A DNA stretch of 63,987 nucleotides, the filler included, from Folioceros fuciformis (taxonomy: Eukaryota): assembly GCA_049999805.1 (NCBI GenBank). It is 21 parts of 21 records of this genome, joined end to end, with 100 filler letters (N's around TTAATTAATTAA, not from the genome) between each part and the next. Parts side by side here need not be neighbours in the genome. Positions count along the whole stretch, not along the records: positions 23,543 to 28,668 come from JBNGIO010006799.1; positions 28,769 to 32,778 come from JBNGIO010006800.1; positions 32,879 to 36,925 come from JBNGIO010006801.1; positions 37,026 to 38,537 come from JBNGIO010006802.1; positions 38,638 to 44,294 come from JBNGIO010006803.1; 16 more parts are not named here. One strand, written 5' to 3'. The translations under genes and the position numbers were made by a program. The notes below the pieces were generated by a model. That model was given only the letters and a program-made list of their open reading frames with translations. It was not told the origin of the DNA and ran no database searches. Below, in pieces: positions 23,758 through 39,192 of this stretch (position 1 is its first letter; each line of letters opens with the position of its first letter).

Positions 23758-26700
23758 ATGGGTTTGGATATGGCGAGCGCCGAGGTGGACAGGGAGAGTG
23801 CCGGTGGGCAGGATGAGGTGGCGGGGAAGAAGAACGGGCGGTTGATTTTGGTGGGCATGAAGCTCAGCCCGGAATGTCGAGAGCTGCTCACGTGGTCGCT
23901 TGCCAAGCTCGCGATGCCGGGGGACAGAGTTCGGGCGGTGCATGTTGCGCTCTCCCCGTCCTCTCGCATGAGCAAGTCGGACGTGGAGGTGCACAAATTT
24001 CAGCTCGCCAGCACGTTTTGTAGTGTGCTCTCGGTGTATGAGGGGCTCTGTAGCATGAGGCAGGTGAGTTGGCGTGTTGGTTGGTTGCTGGCTTGTGTCT
24101 TTTGCGGCCGGGAGGTCGAGGAGACGGAGTTGGGGCTGCTGCGGCGCTGGATGACGGATGTTCTGTTGCGCGCAGGTTGATTTGCAGGTCAGGATTGTGA
24201 ATGGGATTAAGGTTAGGAGGGCCTTGATTGAAGAAGTCAGGTCGCAGGATGGCTCCATTTTGGTGTTGGGAGCTAGCAGGCATCCTGGGATTGGGTAAGT
24301 ATTGGCGGCGTTGGCTGCGGGATTGGATTTGGCCTTGCGGCGGCGTGGTTTGTTGTGGTGTCGCTGGTTTCCTTACGGTTGTGTGATGCTGCAGGCAGGA
24401 TTCGTTGGGAAAGTACTGCCTGAACCGCCTGCCTTCTACGTGGTCCGTGATCGTGGTGGAGAGGGGGAGAGTCATTTTTGAGAGGAAGGGCAAGCTACCA
24501 ATTCCGCCAGGTAATGCGAGGGGAAGGAAAGATGGTTCGTATGCTTCTCATGCCGCGGAGGTGTCGGGTGGAGAACAATAACTGACGGGACTCTCTGTGC
24601 TGTCTTGGCGCTTGGTTTCATGCAGGCGGTGGCAATTCTTGTAGCAAACCCGGCGTGATGAATGCGTTGCAGAGGAGTTTCAAGCGTGTGAGCAGCAAAA
24701 CCGCTTTTTCTCTTTCTGCTAGCATGGAGAAATCCAGGACAGTGATTGGGGCTGAGTTGAGGAAAGACCGGGTTTCAGATTCTTCTCCTGAGTCTGAGAG
24801 CCCTCGGGCGGAATCAACCAACTCCTTCTCCTCTGCTTCTGCTTCTGGTGGTTGTCGGAGTGATTCATTTTCAGGTTCTTTCATGGGCTCTGACGGCCCC
24901 CACTCGCCAGTCAGTGTTCTCCGATCACCTAGGGAAGCGCCGTTTGAGACATTCAGGTTGTCACTGTCGAGGAAGAGGGTTGATGCAGCATTCTACTCCC
25001 GTTCTTTTCCTGCTCAACACATCACCACCAGGAAGGCAGGGGATTCTGGAGCCAGCACTGTCAGGCATTCGCTGGAGGCTATCGATTTCGAGGAGCAGGC
25101 AGAAGGTGTAGAAGAAAATGTTCAGGATGCCGATCAAGCATGGGCTCCGCGCAGGTCTGGCAACTCAACAGATCCACCCAGGTTTTGCTTCTCACCATCT
25201 CGGGATCGAGCACTTTGTCCAACTGATGCTGCTGCTGCCCACGAGGAGTCGGGGCAAGAGGGTGGTGCTGAAGGGGAGGCAGGGGAGAGGGACGACTTCC
25301 AGATTGGCTGGCCTCTGCGCCATCGAGATCTATCTTCTCGGACTTGGGCTACACCCCAAGAAGCAGCAAGGAGCTTGTCAGTAGTTAGGTGGGCTCTGAA
25401 CCTGCCTTCCCGGTCGAGGATGGTTCTGCATGCACCGAAGGATGCTTCGCAGCTTCAAGCTGGATTTGTTAAAATTGAACCTGCGCGGCACAGCGTGTCC
25501 TCCGTTCCTGCTCCCAACCGTTCTTTCGCTGACTTGAGGTCCGCGAAGGGCTTCCGATCTCTGGGTGATTCGGGGACTCTACTGTCCGAGGAGCTTGTGC
25601 ATGTCAGGAGACAGAAGTTATGTTCGATGTCCTCGTTCACTCAGACTTTGGAAAGCCTGTGCAAGGACAAGAGATGCAAGCCGTTTACTTATGCAGAGTT
25701 GGAGCTCGCAACAGACCAATTCTCAGAGGGTATGACATTTGACGATGTGCTTTTTGACATGTCGGCTGCTTCAATTGAGAATTCTCCCGAGAGAGTCTGA
25801 ATGGAAGGCAACAAACAGGCAGGAAGTTGATGTATGCTCACCATGGTTTCTATGCATGGCTTTCAGGTAACGTGGTCGGGAAGGGAGGATGTAGTCGGGT
25901 GTTTAAGGGTGAGCTCTCAGATGGTTCGACAGTAGCTGTGAAGAGCTTCCTCCAAGAAAGAGCAGATGCTCTGAAAGAGCTTCTCACTGAAGTCGAGATA
26001 ATCACCGCATTAAGTCATCCACGGATAGTATCTCTTCTTGGATACGCTGTCGATGGCGAGAATCTGTGTCTGGTGTACAACTATCTGGCTGGTGGAAATC
26101 TGGAAGACAATCTGCACGGTTAGATTTCAAAGCCAAACTGGACTTCCAAGTCAAATTGATGTCTTTGTGTCAAAGTCTTGTCTTCTTTGTTAATGTACGC
26201 TCCTGTTGTCTGACTGAGCTTTGTTTTGCAGGAACCAAAAGCAGAGGAGTATTAGAGTGGACCGTTCGCCATAAAGTTGCAGTTGGGGTGGCTGAAGGCC
26301 TCAGCTATCTGCATGAGGGTTGTCGAAGACGTGTGTTTCACAGAGATATCAAGGCCTCAAATATCCTCTTGTCCGCAGACTTTGAGCCACTGGTTAGTAC
26401 CTGGTTTGGGGTGTTGGATTGGTGAAGATAAAAGCGCAGTGATTTATGCCACTGAACAAGCGTGAAGGTCCACTGACTCTGATTTTCTGCTATTCAGGTT
26501 TCAGATTTTGGCCTTGCCAAGTGGGCACCAGAGGACGCCACTCACATTGACTGCGGTGACGTTGTCGGCACATTCGGGTGCGTGTCCGTCCCCACCTGAC
26601 CTGTGAAATAGTCGGAGGGAAAGTTTTGTCTTTTTTGGGAAGATGTTTCCGCTGCTGGGAAACCCACGAAAGTGTTTTTGGCAGGTACCTTGCCCCAGAA

Positions 26701-27580
26701 TATTTTATGTATGGCCGCGTTGATGACAAGACAGACGTCTACTCATTCGGCGTTGTGCTTTTGGAGCTGATAACGGGGCAGCCGCCGATCGATCCTTCAA
26801 GGCCTAAAGGACGGGAAAATATTGTTAGCTGGGTGAGTTGTCTTCCCTTTGCTTTTCAAAGTTATGGCCCACTGTTCATGCAAGACGTGGTGGTACATTT
26901 CCCAGCTGGGCATAAGACTCGTAGGGATGTGGGTCTTGCCCTGAATGCTCCCTGTGACCATGACCGTCCCGGATGTCATGCTTCCCAAATTTGCAGCCTG
27001 GAGTCGATTAATGCTGCTCAGATACTACTGTTGTGATCTGTCAGCCACAAGAGTGTAACGTTGGCCATAACCGCTGTGAAACAGGCCCAGCCTTTACTCG
27101 ATGACGTTGATCTGGACAAGTTGGTTGATCCTCAGCTAGAAGGGAGATATGATAGCAAACAACTGTCATTGATGGTCTTCGCTGCAAGCCTATGTGTCCG
27201 CCAGTCTGCCCCGTATCGACCAAAGATCAGCCGGGTAAGTGTGCGAAACATACAAGAATCCTGTCGCAAGCAATCTAAGGCATGTGCCCATGTCTAACGT
27301 CCGACCTTCCCTCCCTCTGCAGATTTTGAGAATTCTGTCTGGCGACACCGAGGATTTGACGGTTTGGCTAAACCGGGAAAACCGCAGGCCGTCCCCTGAA
27401 ATGGACGACGAGTTCTCAAAGCTCGATCACGGGAAACGTGATATGCAAATTCACATGGCTTTGGCTATGCTTGGAGTGGACGACAACGATGATGCTGTAA
27501 GTGAGGACCTTGCACCTACCAACAAGAGCCTGGAGGAGTATATGAGTGGCCGCTACAGCCGGTCGTCCAGTTTCGACTGA
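23758..27580 (+). CDS. Receptor-like cytoplasmic kinase, RLCK-VI type with N-terminal USP (adenine-nucleotide alpha-hydrolase-like) domain
   Basis: N-terminal ILVGMKLSPECRELLTWSLAKLAMPGDRVRAVHV, GWPL and SLSVVRWALNLPSR. Kinase GKGGCSRVFKG, HRDIKASNILL, SDFGLAKW, GTFG|YLAPEYFMYGRVDDKTDVYSFGVVLLEL. C-terminal HMALAMLGVDD...SLEEYMSGRYSRSSSFD*. Confidence 0.93.
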
Positions 27581-28989
27581 AGGTCAGCCAGCAAGCCAGC
27601 TTCCACTGACGACATTCTGTTGATTCTTAGCGCACTCCTGCTCAATACGCCGGCCCAAGATCCTTGCCTCCTTGTTCCAGCTGCGACTTGTACCATTACA
27701 CTGACCTATTCTTCCCTGTCACATCCCCTGTGCCCGAAACCTCGTTCTCTGGAAATCCTGCAGACGAGCCGCATTTTTTTTGTCTCCCTTGCCGTCCCAG
27801 CCAGGACATTCCCATCCACGGATGAAGCAGCAGTGCAGCGGCCAGAGCTTCCATTGTGTGCCGCTCTTGACAGTCTTGCTAACTTTCCTCTTGTCAGCGG
27901 CCATTCCTGGAGCGTCCCTCGGCTTCCTTGTCCGGGAAGATAAGCGGCGTCCCTTGGCCCGGGAGAGAAGCCATGACCATCCTCCCGCGTCGTGGCAGTG
28001 ACGATGGCCAACTAAATTATCCTTGCTGGTATTGTATGGAGTACAGAAATATAACTGGTTGAATGTGGACCTGGTAGGTCTTTCTTACACACACCCGTTA
28101 AGTAAATCAAGCCGGATTTGTAGACATGCAACGCGGGGTTACAGATATTTACTACAGCTTTTCTCGCACGGTTATGGGATGTGGTACTCTAGAGGAGGGT
28201 GCGCAGGCCGTGGGCTGGGACTTGTGTCCTTTCTGCAACGGTGGGGCATGGATGATTGAAGTAGGAGTGGAGGAAGAGGCTTGTAATGCTCTGAAGAAAA
28301 TAGCATCGTGTTAGGACTTAATTTCAATTGAGTCTTATCAAAATAATATTATATCGTGGGCTAGCTTGCAACGGATATTTGAACTACGTGGGATATTCGA
28401 ACTACGTGTGTGGTGTCTGGCAACAAATGTCTTAACAGACTTTAAGCCATCTTGTCTTGGTACTAGCATTTCGTCCCTCAACTTTAAGATATTTTATTTT
28501 AGTGCTAGCATAATGATGTCTTTCCAAGCAAGTAGCTAGGTGTCTCATACAAACTATAGATTTTTACATTCAAGACTTCATTTTAATTTAATATTTTAGT
28601 ATTTAAAATTATAGAAGATAATAAATCGAGTATTTTCATACTATGAGAATGAAAACACTAGATTACAANNNNNNNNNNNNNNNNNNNNNNNNNNNNNNNN
28701 NNNNNNNNNNNNTTAATTAATTAANNNNNNNNNNNNNNNNNNNNNNNNNNNNNNNNNNNNNNNNNNNNTGAACTGAAGAAGAAGCTGAACTGGTTGTTTC
28801 CGAGCAATTTGGTATCCGTGCAGAGATTTGAACTAGCCACAATGTTCGAAGTGCAAAAATGAACAGGTCCCCAAAGGACTGCTTTCGTGAGAGAGTCACA
28901 GCACGTCAGCCATTCTGTTTCCCAACTCGAATGGGTCTGAGGAAGGTTGCGCTGGCCAAAGAGCACCGAGCTCGGAACTTAAGAGCACA

Positions 28990-30395
28990 AACTGCTTGTT
29001 TAGGGAGAAGGAGGTGGCAGATGACTAGCCAGGAAGCTTGTTGTCAAGGAGAGGGCCAGCATCGGCTTGTGAAAGCAGTCTCTCATTGGGCTAACTTTCC
29101 AGCAACAATAATCAGTTATGAGAATTTCAGGGGCAGTGGAATCACGCACCTCGTGCTGTAGATACCGGGGATATTACTTGGTCTTGATTTGGCAGCAGCA
29201 GCACGTCGACTGGGTACCTCGTTGCCGAGACCGGCAAAGCCATCAGTGTCCCCACTGCCCACATGGCAGCAAGACTGCACTAGCCCAACTGTAGCAGAAA
29301 CGAGTGATGTTAGCTGCAGTGCTCAGGAACGGTACCTTTAAGTTTAAGCCAGATTCGGAGACCAGCCACCTTGAGCTCTTGGTAGACGGGCAGGACGCAA
29401 CTTGCTCCTTCGAGGTATTGGGCGTCACTGGTTCCCTGTTCACGACATTGTAAACTCCAGAGGTGGATTATATATATGTTGTCAACGCCCCGGTTGGGTC
29501 AGAATGGTGATACCAACAAGGAGCTTTAGGGTGACCCTGCAAATGGCTCACGGATCGTTGACATTGCCCGTTGCATTGGCATGCATGGCGTGCTGGACAT
29601 CAGGTCTGCTCAAGTCGGCGGTTCCGAAATGGTTCTTGCATGGATCATAGCCTCCTAAGGGGAAACCAGCAGTGACAGACTAGCCATGGCCCGGATTAGC
29701 AGATTTGAAGAAAATGGCCGGTTGCTTGGACTAGGACTCCTGAGGTGGCTTGATAGTACTTACCTGGTTGAGCAATTCGGAGAACGAGCGTGTAGTTTGT
29801 GCATCCGGGAGACTGGAGGCGAAGCTCGAGCTTGGGCCGAGCCTGAGGTCGATGGCAGACTTATGGGAAAGTATATGCCATCTACGTCCAGGTTGCCGAA
29901 TTCTGTTCCGAAAAACTGCTTTACGACGGCAAAGCAAGCGGGCTGGGCTGTTTCGGAGGTGAAATTGCAGTTTGCTTGAGCGGAAGAACAGGTTTCATCC
30001 AACATAAGGGCATGAATGTTTCCAGTCACTGGATTGTCCACCTGCAGGCACAGGTATACCCTCTTGTTACCTCTTGTGCCATAAACTGTTTCCGAGTCCG
30101 AATTTGCTAACACCACGTAGCAGTAGGCCCTTAAGATTGATGCTTGGGTTAGAACTATTTTGGTATTGTTCATACTTCTGCTTGGCAAGCTGAGGAACTT
30201 TGTGTCCTAGGTATCCAGTGGTTTCCAGTTAGAAAAGGCTTACAATTACAACACCAATGTTAAGAATGTTCAACGTGCTACAATGTAATATTGCACCAGT
30301 CTACCTGCATAGTTAATTTCTGCCATGTAGAAATCTGGGTGCTTGTACTGAGGATGTATTTCAAACCAGTTCCAGATGGACCACGCACAATCAGC
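28990..30395 (-). pseudogene. Serine carboxypeptidase-like (SCPL clade II) pseudogene
   Basis: Exons NWFEIHPQYKHPDFYMAEINYAG|HKVPQLA...INLKGLL, VDNPVT...CNFT...EFGNLD..IYFP, GYDPC...RPDVQHAMHAN, VLPVYQELKVAGLRIW and SGDTD...VSATRY. The catalytic GESYAG is altered to EINYAG; stops and frameshifts are present. Confidence 0.85.
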
Positions 30396-30455
30396 CTACA
30401 CGCATACACAAAGAATCTCAAGCTGCCATGGTGTGACATTGAGGGGGCCACTCAC

Positions 30456-31240
30456 CAACTTTGAGTATCTCTTATCGTGAATTCGAGCTGTTCGAGAAGC
30501 AAAAGCCGACGGCTGCAGGAGAGTCCAGTAACAGGACATTCACCACTACAATTCGAGCTACCCGATAGCAGCCTTTAAAGCTGGAGAACATGGAATTCGA
30601 GAGGGCCCAGACGACGATAGGGCTCTTCGAACACTCGATAGCCACTTGAGGAGATCCTGGGCCTGCTTCGCAAAAACGATAATCAATTATCCAATTTTCC
30701 CGAGCAGAGTCATTGACATGCCGCAGTAGTATTTGTGGAGTGTTGCCTTCCGCAATGCTTGCTCTTTGTTCTTGGAGCAGCAGCAGTATGTATTTCGAAC
30801 AACGTAGCTGTTTGAACGCTGGTGTGCAGCTTACGCACGGCGAGGCTGTAACGGATCTGGTCAAGCAGCTGATGGTCGATCAGGGGAATGGAGTCAAAAA
30901 GTTTGGGGACGTGCAAGGCAGTGCGGACAACCATGCCAAGCGGATTCTTCGCAGCACGGTTTCTCCTTGCCTTGCGGACGATGAGAATGCGATGGCGGAC
31001 AACTATGCCAAGCGGATTATTGGCAGCACAATTTCCCCTTCCCTTACCTGCGATGAGAATGCGATGGCGGAGGCAAATAAGCGAAAGCTGGTACTGGAGA
31101 GAGTCCAGGGATGCTCTCAGTTTTGCGGATTTGTTTAAGAGATCAGTGTCGCAAAGTTTTGCTGGTGCTACAGATGATTCGCTGGGCGGTTCTCCATCTT
31201 CTGCAAGCAATTCCTTAGGATCAGAGCCGTGAAACTGCGC
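30456..31240 (-). other. Unassigned exon-like segments with an internal 72-bp tandem duplication (30923-31066)
   Basis: Plausible splice sites join ...DLLKWLSSVRRAL...AAIG|RRLLLLEQLEFTIRD. No family recognised. Confidence 0.3.
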
Positions 31241-33180
31241 AAACCAGAGGACGGCTGTCCCATTCACCCCCAAGTGTGTATGGGCACCCGCAGCCTATGG
31301 AGGCCTACCAGCTCTGCACAAGTCACCTGCACCACAAGGCAAGGAAGAAGGCTGCCAATGGAGCACCCGACGCCCTTCCTGCCACTAGGTTTTCACCACC
31401 CAGCAGTAGTATGACAAGTAAATGACGGTTACGCCGCCAAGGTTCCCAGGGTAATTCGAACCCTCGTCCGCCGTTTGTTTGAGGTAGGCTCGCTTTTCAA
31501 GCGATCCAGAAATAGATCCCATGGACTTCAGGCGGTGGATCATGAGAGGCCGGATGCTACCTACCTCGAGCCGAGAGGCTCCCGGCCTTCTGAATCGCGT
31601 AGCCCTGGTCGGAGGGGTGTAGGGTCTCGCGCGGCGGGGAGGTAGAGGTCTTTCGCATCGCGGAGCCCGGGCCGGGGGTAGGGGTTCGCGCAGGCTTGCA
31701 GCCTCTGTCTCCCCCTGCAATGGAAACCGAGCCCGCGCGATTCCCCCGCATCGTGGAGCCGTTCGTTCTTGTCTGATTCAACCTACCTAGGGCCATAGCT
31801 AGGATTTGAGGCCGCTATATTCTCTGGCAAGCTTGTTCTCCTGTCCTCTTGATCCAGGGGAGTCGACGGCGACCCTAACTTTGTGAAGAATTGCACACCA
31901 GAGAATGCCGCGGATCGACAGCTCGCCTCCTTCGTGAGTTGACGACTGCAGTGCGCAGTCGTCAACTCCTGCGCCAACAAGCTGCACTGCAGTCGTCAAC
32001 TCCTGCGCCAACAAGCTTCGACGGAGGGTACGGCTGTATCTTAATATTCAACATTCGTGTGCTTCATGCAACCATGTACAGATACGTTGGCTTTGCTTGC
32101 AGGGAAGCACCACACACACAGATCTAAGAGCAAAGGGGAGAAATTGGCTTGTTTCAATCCCCATCCACATTTTATCCACACTGACACTTCACTCCATTCC
32201 CTAGGCAAAGATATAGATTGGCGTTGGTCATTGTTGCTCAGTGTCAAACAGAAATCAGACTAAACCAGGCACCTTGGACTAGAGGTTGTTCAAGTGGATT
32301 TGAGTCTTCTTGCAAGACCTTGAGCAAAAGAGCAATATTGTACCTGTACTCGTGCTGCGATCGAAGAGCAAGATTGCGACCTGTAAGCTTTTGTTCTGAC
32401 GAAAGAAGCGGAAGTCTCGTCTTCGAGGGGATGTAGGAGCAAAGGCAAACCCACAGCGCGGTGTGGTGTCAATTCCTCTCAAACGAGGGACCGTTGGGGG
32501 ACACTAGATTGAACACCAGCGTGCACTGCAGCGGGTATTGGGTCCATAAAATGGAGCACTTACAACTGGAGTCATGTCGAGGCAGCTTGGTCTGTTCGTT
32601 ACTGTCAGGTATCCTCGATGGCAAAGCTCTTCCAGTCATAGGGGCGGCGCTGCCACCTTTCAAACTGGCCAGTGCAGGTGTACCTGGTGGGGGAGATATG
32701 TGAGTGGTCCTTGCCTACATAAGCAGATGCTTTAGCCTAGGATACATGAACGACGCTGAGCACCAACAAGCGAAACCANNNNNNNNNNNNNNNNNNNNNN
32801 NNNNNNNNNNNNNNNNNNNNNNTTAATTAATTAANNNNNNNNNNNNNNNNNNNNNNNNNNNNNNNNNNNNNNNNNNNNAACGGCAAGAAGGGTAAGCATC
32901 TGCTGCAAATAGTGCCCATGGCGTGAAGCCCCGAGGAACACCAATTTTCCTGGGCCGCGATCGTTCAATGCCGACGGGACGCCAGGGCCGTGGCCGTGTG
33001 TGGCTACCAAGATAGACTTGCTATTCTATGCGCCAGTTGCTCAGGGCTGTTGGAACTCGACACTTGTCCGAGCAACCTGAAAGATGGTGCAGTTACATTT
33101 TCCTACTGCCCTTGCTGGAATGTTTATTTGCTAGACCTGATGGAAAGAAGAAAACCGTGCTGTGACCATCCTGTCGGAGC

Positions 33181-36650
<3,470 letters not shown>

Positions 36651-38637
36651 AACTTGTCTGCATGGTCTAAAAGATTGCGACAAATGAGGCAAATTTCCAA
36701 GATGGTGCCCACAATTCCTCCAGGTTCGTCAACTTCACAATCTGACTCGGAAATGAACGGTCAGCGCTCCAGGTTATGGTGCTCAGGTTTCTGCAAAACA
36801 CGATCCCAGCGAGAGACATTACCCACCTGGCACCATGAATCGATTCCCAACCATAAAAAAGGGGCTACTATGGCACCACAGTACAAGATTCTCAAGGTTG
36901 TCAAGGTGAAAAGTGACAAGCACTGNNNNNNNNNNNNNNNNNNNNNNNNNNNNNNNNNNNNNNNNNNNNTTAATTAATTAANNNNNNNNNNNNNNNNNNN
37001 NNNNNNNNNNNNNNNNNNNNNNNNNACCCGACTACTGGTAGTCTCGTGGACTACGTGACTACCGGTAGCCCCCTCGACTACCGTTCCCTTGGTTCGGCTA
37101 CTGGTAGCCCCGTCGGCTCGGCCCTTACTTTGGCCTACCTGAATGTTCTCAAGGACTCGAGGGTCAGGGAGGCACTCGCTGCTTCCTCCTTCCTCCTTGT
37201 CCCATTCTCCAGTACACCCCCAAACCCCGAAGCCCAAGGTGGACTTTGGGTATAAACACCCTGGTCTTACTTGCTTACTAAGCCGATTCGCCTGTCCCTT
37301 CACAAAAAGAATCACAACCTGCTCATTCCGTCGCTCAAAATGGGGATTCCAAAAGTTTTTTTCGTTCACAACTCTCGAAGTCTGTTCCTATGCGTGTCGC
37401 TGATCAAATGAGTTCACGCCTATAAACCTAATGGTTCAATCTATTGGTTTTCGAGCCATAGTCAAGGGCACAGGTGCGCCCAAGGGTCGGGTAGGGGTCA
37501 TCTAATGTTCTAGCCGGAGGGGAGTAGAAAGGGAAAAGAGGAGGGACAGGGAGAAGCAAGCGATAATAAATAGGTAGTGAACAGATATGAAATGGTGTGA
37601 ACCTCCAAAGTTTGGGGTAGTGGTTTGTTTTGATTGAAAAATGATTAATAATCATATGGTTTGGTTTTATTTTTCTACTTATTTTCTCTAATTTTTCCTT
37701 GTGCTAATTAAGTTAATTGACCAGTAAATAATTGGTTTGGTTATTAGAGTGGGTATAGGTTTGGTCCCAGACCTGGAAAAAGTTAAGGTCTGGTACCAAA
37801 CCATGGGGTCGGGAAAGTTTGAATTTAGGTTTGGTGATTGGTTTAATATTAATTAAAGGTAATATTATTAAATATTTAAATAATATTAAATAATGGAATA
37901 ATCAGATAATTGTTTGAACCTAGAAGGGAATATGTCAAGTGGTCTGGTTGACAAGGTTGCACTATTGACTAAAGGGCCATGAGAGCCATGCCCTAGCTAG
38001 GGCAGGACTGCGGCTGCTTCGATCCCTATTCCTCTCCCTCCCTTCCTCCCTTCTCCCACATTCTTCTTCCCCGCCTCTTTTACCCCTTCCTTCTCAATCT
38101 CTTTGTCTCGTCCCTCCCTTGGATCCAAGCTGTAGGCAGAAGGATCCATCCCCGAGAGTTGGGATTGAACGTGCTGTCTGAGTGAGGAAGCAAGGAGCAG
38201 CATGCCGTCCAGGGGACCAGGCTGCAAACTTGAAGGGATCCACTTACCGCCGCGATGTAGGAAGCCAGCCGCTGCGGGATTTGGCCAAGCTGATGGGATT
38301 GGGGTGCGCACTGCGGATTTCAAGAGCCCAAGCTGCTAATGAGCTAGGTGCGCTGTAGGCTGTAGACCGGGGGAAGTGCGCCGCAGAGATCTTCAGGCCG
38401 GATTATAGAAGATCGGGACGTCTTGCCCCGACGATTCCAGCCTCCTGTCCGCCTGCTAGCACCGTCCCCAACCCCGCTACCATTCTGCCTTGCTCCCTGA
38501 TGTTGTCCTGCTTTCCCATCGCTGCGCCGCCATCGCTNNNNNNNNNNNNNNNNNNNNNNNNNNNNNNNNNNNNNNNNNNNNTTAATTAATTAANNNNNNN
38601 NNNNNNNNNNNNNNNNNNNNNNNNNNNNNNNNNNNNN

Positions 38638-38843
38638 CATAATGAAGTACGGGCTGTATCCATAATGAAGTACGGGCTGTATCCTAGGGCAAATGTGAAG
38701 TCCGGCCTAGACTAGTCCCTCCGGATTCGGGTTCAAGCGAACCCAGCCTTCAACGGCCAAGCCACGTAGCTTGGTGTCAGCCTTCGTCTCGAACAAGATC
38801 GTAACGACCTTCGTCTCGAACAAGATCGTAACGACCGTCGTCT
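38638..38843. repeat. Two short tandem duplications (23 bp x2; 27 bp x~2.4)
   Basis: cataatgaagtacgggctgtatc x2 at 38638; ccttcgtctcgaacaagatcgtaacga x2 plus a partial copy at about 38781. Confidence 0.85.
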
Positions 38844-39192
38844 CTCACACATCGCTAACCCAAGCTGCCAATGCCCCTCACCGGACCACATACACTCGAT
38901 GAATAACGAACGCACAAAATCACTTAAACTAACGGCTCTAATGAACGACTTCCCCTCTGCTTGCAGACCTTCAGCATTCACCAAGGCCCCCACTATTTCT
39001 ACCAAGCCTTCCACTACTTCTACTAGGGCTCCTCACTTGAAATGGACACTTCATCCTACAAGCTTGAGCGTCTGTATACACTATGTGTGGGCCCGTTCCG
39101 GCCACCAGTATGGAATACCATAGGTCATGAACGAACTACTACTATACAGCGTGAACTACATCAGCCCCCAGTTTGAAGGCTCAGCCACCGCA

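Noticed and set aside
37026-38537. AT-rich quasi-palindromic block and short repeats, possibly LTR or transposon sequence
   Set aside because: No terminal motifs, PBS/PPT or coding homology recognisable.
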